Positions 49,321-61,045 of a stretch of DNA of 64,000 bases are shown here, one piece after another (the stretch's first letter is position 1; the number at the start of each line of letters is the position of its first letter). The stretch lies in contig VJWM01000323.1 in assembly GCA_010909165.1 (NCBI GenBank), positions 1-64,000 on the forward strand, in the 5' to 3' direction. Position numbers and translations under genes: made by a program. This DNA comes from Anthoceros angustus (taxonomy: Eukaryota > Plantae > Anthocerotophyta). The notes beneath the pieces were generated by a model. That model was not told where the DNA came from. It saw only the letters and a program-made list of their open reading frames with translations, and searched no databases.

Positions 49321-51064
49321 CACTCCGTGACTTGAAGAACCTCCTCCGAGGGTGGTTGCAACCTAGCTTGTCTCCTCCTCCTCGCCAAAATCCTCCATCG
49401 GGCCATGGTTGTTAGACACATGCCAAGAGGTTCAAGATGGCGTGTTCTTCACCACGCCAAACACTGGGTAGACGCTGGCAATGAGGTTCTCATGATCCTT
49501 GCCATGAAGTCGCAGAGGGATGTGGGCAATCTCATCTGGTTTTGCTCCATTTTCTCCACTGGTCGATAGTAGACTGCTCCCACAAATCCACCATGACTCA
49601 CTACTAGGAAAACGGGCCTTTTACTATAGGCCGCTTTTTAGAACAGGGAGATTCGTGCTCAAGTCGATTTACAACGGCTTCATGGTTTATGGATTATTTT
49701 CTTGTATAGCCATTCGTGTTACTACAGGAGCTCTAGTGTTTTACTACGGGTGTATTTAGCCACTGGCTCGATGACGTGGCATAACGAAAGCTACTTTACT
49801 ACGAGGGCTCTTCGGTTGCAACACGATAGATCCGATCAATGACTTTACAACAATGAATGTGTCTACAACAACGCATTTAGTAAATACCATCACGCCTGCT
49901 TACAACGATTTTCTTTACAACGCCCATGGTCTACTTACAATGGGAAGTGGTTTACAACGCATTGTCAAGTTTTACAACGGGGCTTTTACAACGCAGACAT
50001 ACATACCTTACAACAACACGCCGGTTTACAATGAGGATCAAAGGTATGTGAGCATTCATGTGCATATGGTATAGGGTTTGAGGGAAGGGTTCAGGAACTC
50101 GAATGAAAAGGTGGCCGCGCTTTATTGAGAGACGTGCTCACCCAAAAACTATGGGTCGGTCACCAAAAACAAACACAACATCAACACCAGTAACTAGCAC
50201 AACAAAACGGATGGCGACGATCTCACTGTAATCTACCGGATGCGACGCTGCCAGTCCCTGCCTCATGCGTGCATCCTCTCCTCACCCACCACACGCTCAA
50301 TTCCTGTTCTCAATGCCAACCACCTTCTCCAATTCGCCACAAGGAGGTGGTAGCCGTGAAAATCCTCAGCCTGTGCACCATTTCCATTTTCCTAACATCC
50401 GTCCGATAAACCTCTGCACCTCCCCGCACACGCCTAGCTTGTCAACGCGTTTGTGCACCGCATCGACGCCAGATATTGGTGAGAAAGGGAGCCGGGCTTG
50501 TCGATAAGAGCGCGAGCTCTTCCGGTCGTCAAAAATTGCGATCCCATGACTGTTGAAAGCCATAGCGCTAGCTTGGTCGCCCCGCCTTCCACAACCGAGC
50601 AAGCAAGAGAACAAAACCCGTGGAACCCAATCGATCGAATGAGAATTGAACGATAAACGGCGCACAAAGAAATCAGAAACGAGTTCTCGATGCAACTTTC
50701 CCCAAAGCGCGAGATCTATAACACTACCTCTACATACACAATCCAAGACACAACCAATCGGAAAACTCATGGCTGCGCTGCGCACCTCAATCGGGCAGAC
50801 ACGATCTCCAGATCAGAATGAACTCACTCAGTGAAGTGGCTTGAAGGCAATGCACCCTTTTGTTGCCGACTAGGCAAATGAGAGGCCAGTGTCTTGGACC
50901 CTCGAGTACATTCTGGCATGTCAAAGACATGGTCCGGAAGCCAAGTTCAAAATGACTAGTCAAAAACTCAACATCAACTTCGTGGTCATGGCCAAGTACC
51001 ACAAAGTTTATGACCAAGAGGATATGTATTTGACCGAGATGATATGTATTTGATCGCACTGTTC

Positions 51065-51400
51065 CCAAGACCCAAGGAACCCTAAACCATGGTCCGAAAC
51101 TAGAGAAAAGCTAACTCATGTCCCGGAACCCAAGGAACCGTAAACCATGTTCCTAAACCCAAAGTGTTAACACTAAACCATTTTTCCAAACCCAAGGACT
51201 ACTCAAATCCATTGGAGTTTAACCAGCTACCAAAACCCAAGGACAATGGGGAAACCCATTTCCAGCATTTATAGCCCAGTGGTCACGAACCAAATGAAAT
51301 CATGGCCAATATTATAAATCAAACCCCAAAACCCAAGGACATGGGAAAACCCACAAGCATAGCGTTTCAACTTATCCTTGGGTTTCAAACCCGCTGGCCC
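51065..51400. repeat. Imperfect tandem repeats (aacccaaggaaccctaaaccat) inside the CACTA
   Basis: The cccaagga core recurs at least five times with telomere-like CCCTAAA/CCAAAA fragments. Confidence 0.7.
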
Positions 51401-52899
51401 CGTAACTACTTAGGTTAAATATTCAAATACCAAGCTCAATGTGCGGGCTATAAATGCGTGAATAATGCATGTAAATTAACCCGAAAAATAGCCCGCTCAC
51501 ACGAGACATCGGAGGAGAAGTGTTCTTCTTCGAGAGAATGCGCTGGAAATACATGTCTTCGCCAAGATGTCGAAAAGCACCGAAAGGGCCCCGCGCCATC
51601 TCTGCTTTTGCGCTGCACCGTGGACCAAGGGAGAGAGTACCGAGACATCTATGAACGCGTCCGCACCGCCTCTTGTGGTCGTGGATATACCACGCCCATC
51701 CCGCAGCTCGAGGAGCGCAAACAGGTAGAAGAAGACGGACAAGTGTGGTAAAGGCAAGTTTAGGGTCAAGGTATGTCGCATGAGGGCGTTGTTCTTTCTC
51801 CGTGGGCTTTTCATTCATGTGTTTGTGTTGTTGTTTTCTCGTGCGTCACATAGCTGCTTTTCACAACCAAAGAATGGCGTATGCCAAAAGCCGTGAAGAT
51901 AGAATGTCATGCCGAGGACATCGAGACAAGGCGACAACGCGGCCTCATACTGGGATGCAGCCGAGGCCACACGGAAGGAACTGACGGACCCGATGGTTGT
52001 GAAAACAAGAACTTGGCGATGCCGCGATCTTAGGGCTCCAACACCTAAAAGGTAAGTGGTGTGGTGAAGGAGGACGAGCACAGAAGAAGACGCCAATGGT
52101 GACGAGGATGAGCGAACATGTCATTGGAAGACATCAGCAGCAAGAGGTAGCAAGGGGTGATCGTGGACGAGCTAAGCGTGGCCGAGTTAAGGGTGACAAA
52201 TGGCAAGGCAAGCGGCTACCAAGTTCGCGCAGATGGCTTGGGAGGCCAACGCGAGGTCGGAGAGTAGGATCAAGCACGATGGAGGGAGTTTAACCAAGAG
52301 TCTCAAGGGCCTCAGAATGATCACCAAATGCCGGCCCGAGGCATTGGGTTGACGGGTTTTGGCTCATCATGTGGAGTCGAGGTCCAAGAGGGCGACGACG
52401 AAGATGAGGAGGACAAGTTCCACAAGGTCCAGCGCCTTACCTCGAAGATGTCCTTCCAACACAAAACTGGGCCTCACAATTTATGGGAAATGTGCCACAA
52501 CAGGGTTTGGCACGATCAAGTTTGCACAACAGGTGACCTCGGACATCCGCTTGATTGTCCAAGAGTGGGAAGGCCCACATGCCGACATGGGTGTATGCCA
52601 TGCGTGGCCCGCGAATCCCCGCCCGCAAGTGCCGACCTCGAGGCAAGGAAGGACGAAGAGGAGGCGACCTTAACCAAGGATGCTTGAGGAGGCCGTTGAG
52701 AAGGGCGAAGAGGAGGTTGGCGGAGTTCAGACCGGTAGGGTGTGATTCGGACCGACACCATTGCCGAAAGGGAAACAACTAGCTCGCAATGAAGGTGCCT
52801 TCGCAAGAATACACGGCCAATTCTAACTAATTTGAAGGTGAGCTCAGACAAAGATGAAGGAGTGGCACGATTCGACGTGGTGGTTTGTGATAGCCTGTG

Positions 52900-54312
52900 G
52901 ATCGTGAGATAGCCGATATTTTGGAAGATGCCGCAGACCGGGAAATGGGAAGGCGATCCGAAGTGGATTCATTTGCTTCTAGGACACCCTTGCCCGACGG
53001 CGCGGATGATGCGAACAATACAATCGGGTCGCCACACAACCGGGTGTGTCAACCCCATCATGAGCATCGGGGATGCTCATGCGGGTACATGGCGAAATCC
53101 CTATGACATGTATGGACGTTGACTTGAGGGCAACAAGCGCGTGCACCAAAACGGAAGAGGAATTTCGACATCCAAAGATGAGGTTCTCATTGCCTCATAT
53201 GCATGAAAGCGGTAAGTATTCTGTCTGTGAAAATGGAGGGGAGCATGGTTGCTTTGCGAGGGGAGGATCCATGCATGGTTGCTTTACAGTCGCGTATCGC
53301 CCGACATGTGCACATGTTGGGTTTTACAGCCCGACATAGTGGCTGGGCTCAGATTATCGTTCGGGTTACAGCGATACTGTGTCGATAATTGAGGCTCGTT
53401 ACAGTTCGTAACTGTGCCCGACATTGTGCCCGGAGTTACACTGCAAAAGTAGGCTTGTAACTCCATGGTCATTTAATTTTGGGTTGAGGCCTGGATTTCG
53501 CATGAGGTTATGTTGCATGAATGTTCTAAATCACAATTGTCTATGTGTTTTGAATGTGCAGTTACATACTACGTGACTCTTCGTGGTTTCCAAGGATAGG
53601 GTGCACTACACAATCCGACACATGTGCAACCCATCGCCGTCTCGATTTTTGGGCACACTGACTGAAGTGCTTCTTATTGAAAGCACCTTACGCCAAACAA
53701 TTTTGTGCCCATGGAGCTTTCATTGTATTGTAGCTCGCTTAGTGGCACCCGGCCCCGAGGCATTGGAAGAATAACTTGAGAAAGGAGGCTAGGCACTTCT
53801 TACATGGGAAGAAAGGGTGCGATAAGTATGTGCCCAAGAGCTTGAAGAAGGAGCATTGGGATGTTCTCTCAAACAGGAGAAAGATAAGTGGATGGTGTTG
53901 TTGCACCCAAATAACAAAAGATTGCTGCGTAGGGGAAAACGGTAAGCCATATTCTTGCTTTGGGTTTGGAGGTCAAAAGCAATTCATGGACAGGTTCAGA
54001 GCCAAGTTTGATAGGCAAGCAACTTTAGAGGAGATCAAGGCTGTGGGATCTAGGCATGGAAATTGGTTGAACAAGCTGAGAGCGCATTGGAAGGAGACTA
54101 AAACCACAATTCCATCCTTGGGTCCTCAAGTGGATTCTGAAGGGAAAGTCGATAAGGCTGTGAATGTCTGGAATCTATTGCATGAAGCAGATATGAGAGT
54201 GCAGATGGTGATGAATGTAATGGAGGCAATCAAGAAGAGGGTCCGGATGAAGGTTTCATGGTGGAACATCTTCTTCCTGACAACTGAAAAGGCTAAGAAA
54301 GCCTCACCATAG
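52900..54312 (+). pseudogene. CACTA TnpA/Ptta-like ORF remnant (probably two exons)
   Basis: ORF 53776-54312 (KYVPKSLKKEHWDVL...FGFGGQKQFMDRFRAKFDRQATLEE) and upstream IGSPHNRV...WRNPYDMYG resemble CACTA accessory proteins. Recognised by eye only. Confidence 0.45.
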
Positions 54313-56659
54313 TTCGTCGGAACAGAGCTTGCACTTCCACAATTTCATGTAATCTTCAACCGTAATTGTTGAAGTTCATCTCGTATGGGCTTTGTTCATG
54401 CTTGTATGTTTGTGAAAGAGGGTTGGCGGGTTGTCGTCAAATGGAGGCCGTGACAAACTAATCTACTACCGATTGTAGGATGCATGGTGTAGTAGGCTTT
54501 GCCAAGATAGCGGTAGTGGAGTTTTTACAATGCATCAGATTTTACAACAAACTTGCTTCATTGCAACGCATTCGTTTACAACGGACCCCTATCTCTACTA
54601 AACTTTACAACGAGAGCCTTTTACAACGGGTTTCGTTGTAAATGAAAAGCTACTTTTAAACGAACCAGACACCGTGGTCCATTTACAACAAGGTCCGTTG
54701 TAAAGGTACATACTATTACAACAGTGGCTCGCGAAAGTTACGCATTACAACGCCATTCGCTTAGGTTAATCATGGTTAACTAACGCAACTAGTTTGTGGT
54801 AATCGAATCATTTAACCCCGCTTAATAAACGTCAAGATTAACTCTAGTATATTAACCATGGTTATTGAAGTTGTAAAATGCGCTTGTACCGTAGTAATGT
54901 CCGTCAGTAAAGGGTTCCGTTGTAAAGTTTAACCGGTACGGACCACTTCAAGCCATACACCGTATGGGTTGGACAATACCGTATTCAATACATAATATAG
55001 CCCTCGATATGCGTATATACTTTTACTATGGATATTACTAAGGTGTGTTTACTACGGGGTTTTACTACACTTAGTAAAGGCGTTGTAATGCCCGTGTAAT
55101 TTCCGTTGTAAAGTATCCTTTTCCTAGTAGTGACCGAGTTTGTACAAAGCGTCCGCCTCCAAAGAAGACATCAAATGTGCATCGTGATTGACTACAGTGT
55201 ACCTCGACAAAGGTGAAGTCTCATTGTTCTTGGTTTGAATGAAACCTTCGACTTGTACCTTGTCACTCCCAACACATGCTCCGTGGTCCCAACAAGGTCC
55301 GATCTTCCATTTGGTTTTCAACCTTTCTTGGTGGAGACCCAACGCTTCTTCACTCTTCTTCCAACGATCACTCTACCGTGCTTGTCAATCAACACCTCCT
55401 TGGTGAATCCATTGATTTCAATGTGCCTCTCCGATTGTTGACCAAAGCCACTCCCACTGTGCGATTCCGCTTCTCCACGAGATGCTTCGAGGTCGAATGA
55501 CATCATTGCCACCGCTGTTGGCACATTGTCGACACTTGCTTGGCCTTCAAGGGTTGTCAACATCCAGAGTCAAACCCCCGACTTCCTTCACGCCAACCCC
55601 ATGTCTTGTAGGTTGAAACATGGCATCTCCAAGCTTTGTGCCATCGCTCCGCCAATAACTGCATGGGTTTCTCCACATTGCTTGTAACAACAGGAGGGAG
55701 TAGCTCGCACGCCGTGGCACAAACACACTCTCCCCACGAGAACAACACGCAAATTCCTCACACATCGCTCTCCTTGCCCTCCAAACTCGCCTTCTCTGAG
55801 ATGCGAGGCGAATGCCTTTTGCCCAGAACCGCATTGCAACCCGCTCTTCCGGTTTTGAAGTTGGTAAGCGACTCGGTAGCTAAACAACTAGGTCATCATG
55901 TTCATGTCAAATGCTTGTCCAAGCAATCGACACCGCCTTCTCATTACTCCTCGGATCATGCCAAAATCTTCTGGACTTGCTTCTTCACGCTTAGGCATCG
56001 GCACATTCTCCAACATGTATCCAAAGGCCTTTCTTGCCCTTTTGGATCAAGCGCAAGATCCTCATCGGTCATAGAACAATGCCGTGGATCCTTCGCACCT
56101 TGACCCTTTCCGCAGAGGATAGTCCTTGAGACTCCCAACCCTGCGATGACAAGGTCCACGGTTGCCCAAGACAACTCAAATGGGTCAACCCTATCATCCG
56201 AACATCCATCGGCGCCTTTCCTCGTAACCCTTCACCGACTCCCGCCGGGAGGTTAGGGTACTCCCCCATCAAGTCCCTTACGCGCTTCTGTGACACAATC
56301 CTTCCTTTTGGATCCGGGTCACAATGTACGTATCTTCGTACTTTGATGCCACACTTCAGCACTGCTTCCAAGCCGGAACTCTGCTGCGGTGTCAAGGGGG
56401 TGAAAACCCACATTGGGCACATGCATAAAGATTTCGACCAGACTACTTGGGCTGCCCAAGTGCACATCGCGACCTCCTCCTGCCTGCGGGCAGTCCCGGC
56501 CCGATCGCCCATCGGGTGCCTCTCTTCCCGGAATGGCGCGGGTCACCGGATCACATACTTGGGATGTTTGAAACCCACTTTCCATGCCCGCGATCTTCCG
56601 CAGCTTCCCGCCACCTTCATGATGATGCCCCATGCCTGGCTCTTCCCTTGATCGCCTTG

Positions 56660-59244
56660 CGCCGATCCCTGTGACGAGTTAGCTTGGTGCCTCCGCTTCC
56701 CCTGGTGCCTTCTGTGTTCTAGGGTGGGGCCTGGCATCGGAAGTTGCTAGCCGCCTCGGCCGGGTGGATGGGCATCCCTCCGTGAGGAGGCTTTGCGGCC
56801 AAGGCTCGGGCGGAATGACAGCAGCTTGAACAGTCCCGGTAATGCAACAAACTGCTCGCGTTGCTGGCTGCAGTGAGTATGTCATACGCTGTGCTCTTCG
56901 ACCCTCCCTAGCCCCCGCTCGAGGAGACCATTGTTGCCCTCCTCCATCCAGCCTAAGGATGCCATCCCCGACATATCCGACTACGTCCCGAGGATCCCTT
57001 CTCCTGATCGCGCTTTTGCTCGCACTCTCACGACCCCACGCCTTTCATCCGCCGGTTGTCGAATGGTGTTTGAACACCTGTGGACCTTTTTCTCTCAAGA
57101 TCCATCTAGCGGCTTCCCGAGCTCTTTTCTCCGTCAGGTGGCTCGGTGAGCCCACCGGATTTCTACCAGTCAGTGTGCTTGTCGCTATGGACAAGCTCGC
57201 CTCTCTGCGGCGCCCACTCGCGTCGGAGAAGCCTTCATGCTACTCACGCACTATTGCCCTTCTGCCGCCTTCTTCAAAGACCTCAACCCCTTCAATTTGG
57301 CATACACCCGGGTGAGTCCGTGGTGCTTGGAGTGAAGGCATGTTTTGATACCCACCGGGTGGGTGGTCTTCTGAGTTGATGTCGAGCGCCTTCAATACCA
57401 TTTCTAGGGCGTCATCTTGAGGAGCTTAGGGATCTTGGCGGCGTCACAGGGAGCCTTATACCTTTTGTCCGGTGCTTCTCGGGAGGTCCTCCAACCTCTA
57501 CTACCGGCCTGAAACGTCTCTTGAGTTCTTGTCTCTGTCTTGGAATCGGCCAGTACGGGCAAGGCGACCCCCTAGGCGGTGCTCTCTTCGCCATTGCTCA
57601 CTATAGGGCCCTATCTAGGGCCGCCTTCTCAGCCAGTATGTCTTCCCTTGTGAGACTCTCACATCCTCGGGCCCGGGGACAAAGTTAAGGAGGCCTTTGA
57701 GCTCTTCTCTCATGAGCTTTCTCTGGTGGGCTTGAAGGTCAAGCTGTCCAAGTGCCGCGTCTGGTCTCCGTCGGGGATTCTACCTACTTTGCAGTTTCCC
57801 GCTGGGGAGATTGCTCCGGCTTTGGGGCTGCGGATTCTAGGGGTCCCCTTCGGTTCCCCTGACTTCATCGGAGCTTCTGGACGGGCTCTCATGACCTCTC
57901 CCATGTCGAGGACCTCCCTTTCTTTGGAGGATGCACAGGTGGCCTTTGGAATTCTTTCCTCTGTTTTGCTAGGCGCCTGGTTACCTCATCCCGTCTGCCT
58001 CTCCCGACACTTTTGTCCATTGCGGTTTGATAGGAAGATTATGGATACTCTTGGGGACATCCACAGGCTCGGGGGCTTTTGAGTGCCCTATGGGCGTCGG
58101 CCCCAAGCGTCCCTACATGCAATTTGGAGGCAGTGCACTCTCTGTTGGAGGTCTCTTCCCTGCTTTCTGGCGATTGGGCCCTCTTTACTTTGGCTTCTCG
58201 GTTCATCCTCCATGGCAGGCCCTTTGGAGGATCTCGTATCAGTGTGGAGGAGGAACCTTCTCTCTCAGCGTCCTTGAGGCAAGCTAGGACATGTTATCGG
58301 TGGATGCTCGGAAGGACTTCCTCCTTTCTCGACATTTATTCTTGATGGTTTCGAGGGTTGCGAGCATCTACGCTCGAGCGGCTCGGCGCTTTCGATCGCC
58401 TCGGGACCCCTCCATCCCAGGTCCACAAGGCGCGGCTCGCTCTTGTTACAGGAAGGTGCTTGGCTATTGGCCCGCCCATGCATAGTTTCACATCGCACCA
58501 ACCACCTTCTTTGCGATGCGATTGTCTTGCTGCTCCGGCTGTGGCTTCGCTCTTACTTGCGAGTGCGGCTCGCCCTCGATGATTACGGTACACCTTGCTC
58601 GTTGTCCCCAGTCATCGCATTGCCACTCACGGCGCCCGCGATGTCATATTCGCCATCGCTCATGGCCTACATGGAGGGCGGATGTATACTCTCTGCAGTC
58701 GTTCAATCGGTGACACAGACCTTGTCGTCGACCGAGGTTTGATGGCGGATGTGGTGGTTCGATCCTACACGACACCATCTCGCTCGGTCATCACTAAGTC
58801 CGAGTTGACTGCCGAGGCGGCTCTCAAGGTCGCAAATATGGCGGGATGCAAGCGGGCCACCTCTTTATTCGCTTGCACTAAAGCGTATGGGGCAATGGTG
58901 AGGACTTTGACAAATTTGTCAAGTCATGCCAGCTTACCATGCGTGAACGCAGTGCGGCATCCCTCGTACTTCAGCATACTTCCGACAGCGGGTTTCAATT
59001 GCCCTTCAGGCGCTCTCAGCGGCGATCCTCCACAAGGCGGCGGCGTGGGTGGCGCATCTTCCTCTACCTCCGTGGTTTGCGGGCCGTTTATTCTTCACGC
59101 ATATGACATTGTGGGTGCAGTAGGTGACTTTAGGTAGGGAGCTTAGTTGCTCCTCTTCACCTCGACCCCCTGGTCCCCTTTGGTTGTCCCCTCTTAGATG
59201 GGCTTTTCCCATCATTTTTTACCTCAATAAAATCTCTTCCTTTA
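56660..59244 (+). mobile_element. CRE-clade-like non-LTR retrotransposon (RT plus C-terminal zinc knuckle and restriction-like endonuclease), 5'-truncated, frameshifted
   Basis: SAG...FEHL; RPLA.GEAF; QFGI..PG.ESVV; QGDPLGGALFAIAH (~57560); GLKVKLSKC...LRILGVPFGS; CECG...HLARCP; RIATH..RDVIFAIAH; ADVVV; AATAAA near the 3' end (~59226). Confidence 0.8.
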
Positions 59245-59397
59245 TGTAGGCAAGGTTGTTGTAACCATCAAGTGGTTGTAACAACTAACCAATTAAATAA
59301 CTACTAAAAGAAACTACCTAGTGCCCTAAGAATTAAATAAATTATTAAGTCCTAGGTGACATAGTGAAGAGTGCCCTAATAGTAAGCTATTTTATCA
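59245..59397. repeat. Short LTR related to the Copia B LTR (153 bp, no TSD)
   Basis: TGTAGG...TTTTATCA. Shares ggttgttgtaacc, ccctaagaatta and gtgccctaata with 34876-35023. Confidence 0.7.
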
Positions 59398-59399
59398 CT

Positions 59400-60060
59400 A
59401 CCGAGCTGAAGGTATAGCTCAACAACTCACTGTTATTTATACTCCTCAACAAAATGGCGTAGCTGAACATAAGAACTTACGCCTTCAAGAGATCACTGGC
59501 TGCTTGTTAACACAAGCTCATTTACCCAAAGTTTATTGGGTGGAGGCCCTCCTCACTGCCACATATCTCATGAATCGACTGCCTACCTTTGCAGTCCAAG
59601 ATATGACACCTCATGAAGCCTTTAATGGCAAGAAGCCCTCTATTAATCATTTCCGTATTTTTGGATCTCCAGCATAAGTTTTTATTCCTAAAGCATTGCG
59701 TAAGAAGCTTGATCCCAAAGCGCCAAATGCACCTTCATTCGTTATACGGAAGGCATAAAGGGCTATAAATCATTCTTCCAGGCAAAAGCTCCTTTATGCT
59801 CGTAGCGTCACTTTTCATGAATATCATCTATTTTCTCCTTCGTGGGAGATATTTTGCCTCCTCATCCCCTTTCTCCTGATGAGGAGTCTGCATCTTCTTT
59901 TGATGATAGTGACCGTACAACCCACTTTCCTCTTCCTGCTTTATGTGTTCCTTCCGATGGACCTATTATGTATGAGGAGGAGGAGTTAGCATCCATCTCA
60001 CGTCTAAACTCACCTCCATTGGATACAAAGGAACCCAACATCTTGAAGATATTCCTGATT
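59400..60060 (+). pseudogene. Copia integrase C-terminal fragment (Copia B family)
   Basis: TPQQNGVAEHKN...WVEALLTATYLMNRLP...MTPHEAFNGKKPSINHFRIFGS...RKKLDPKA; homologous to 45.8-46.4k. Confidence 0.88.
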
Positions 60061-60124
60061 GTTCGCTATTGTTAGGGAAGGCAGGTTCCTTCTATTTAGG
60101 GAGCGCCCTTACACCCTACTCAAT

Positions 60125-60455
60125 GGGGCTTCGCTTAGGGCTGATCTATTTTTGACCTGGGGGGATTAGGTTTCGGTTGCTGATGTGGTTGTAACCGATC
60201 CCACCCGGGACAGTGTCTGCGAACATGTTATCCTTGACCCTCCAGGTTGGGCGGCGGAGGGATGCGCGACAGTTGAGGTCCACAAGTACTATCCTATGCA
60301 CCGAGGCTTATCATAGCCGCAAGAATGGGGTTGGCCTCCCCCTTTCTTGTATTGTTGCTTTCTTCAGAGGTTTCGATCGCTGCGATGGGCGTTGCTGGCC
60401 AATACAATGTCACAATGAGCGCTGGAGAGATGCGCTTCTTGACACCGGCAGGTAA
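60125..60455 (+). pseudogene. Short 3' fragment of a CRE-like element (endonuclease region)
   Basis: LRADL...VADVVVTDPTRD resembles the endonuclease core seen at 58.7k. Confidence 0.45.
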
Positions 60456-61045
60456 GTTTTCACATCCCTGACCAAGAAGTTCTTTGAGCGGTTGATAGTT
60501 TTGAAATGCGTGATCTTAACCCGTAAGTACACTTCACACTTCTTTTCATAAAAAACATCAAAGAAGAACATTGGACTCATCGATCACGCATTTAACAATT
60601 GAAGACATTTGAAATGTGTGATCTTGAACGAACGAAGGCAAACACATTAACGCATCTTGCCAACCCCTCTCTACCTTCATACAACTCAAATGCAAATAAC
60701 ATTAAAAGATATATAGATTAAGGGTTCCAGGTCTTCACCAGACCCCCTGGCGTTCCCACATTTTATGTCAGTCAATTTTCCAAGTTATTCAACCATCGAT
60801 CCGAGGACAGTTCAGGCAAGGGGCACCTACAAACGTTCACCAGCCACCTTGCCCGCCTGCGGAGGTGTAGAGTAAACGATGCCAAGGACAAAACCGGGCC
60901 TTCGGCAACAGGTCAGCGTAAAGAGATATCCGAAGGCATAGGTGGTCATTCTGAGTCAGCTGTGTTTCCACGGGGCGTTGCCCTGGTCATTTAATTCCCG
61001 GTAGTCAGGAGTTATAAGCCATCATACGGCCATATCATACCCGAA

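Larger units (their letters stand above)
49599..55132 (+). mobile_element. CACTA (En/Spm) DNA transposon, 5534 bp, decayed
   Basis: 14-bp TIRs CACTACTAGGAAAA. 3-bp TSD ACT/ACC with one mismatch. Dense subterminal TTACAAC/TTACTAC/GTTGTAA repeats at both ends. Confidence 0.93.
49321..56640 (-). pseudogene. C5-cytosine DNA methyltransferase-like sequence, copy 2 (55133-56640 plus 49321-49598), split by the CACTA insertion
   Basis: GLEAVLKCGIKVRRYVHCDPD; VDLVIAG.WESQGLSSA.KGQG.KDPR (56124-56137 covers WESQG); GYMLENVPMPKREEASPEDFGMIRGVMRRRCRLLGQAFDMNMMT* in one frame (ENV at 56002-56022). Colinear with copy 1 on both sides of the CACTA; FGGI of motif I is lost. Confidence 0.85.

Noticed and set aside
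47613-56640. Host DRM/DNMT3/MET1/CMT gene
   Set aside because: No introns or accessory domains, non-permuted motif order (unlike DRM), atypical GWESQ motif, and tandem copies inside TEs.
55133-59244. DNMT and CRE as one LINE-DNMT element
   Set aside because: They are on opposite strands, and copy 1 has no adjacent CRE. Kept only as a testable possibility.
59245-59397. Missing right half of the Copia B 5' LTR
   Set aside because: It is a complete, diverged LTR of a related subfamily with no matching TSD, not the continuation of 46944.
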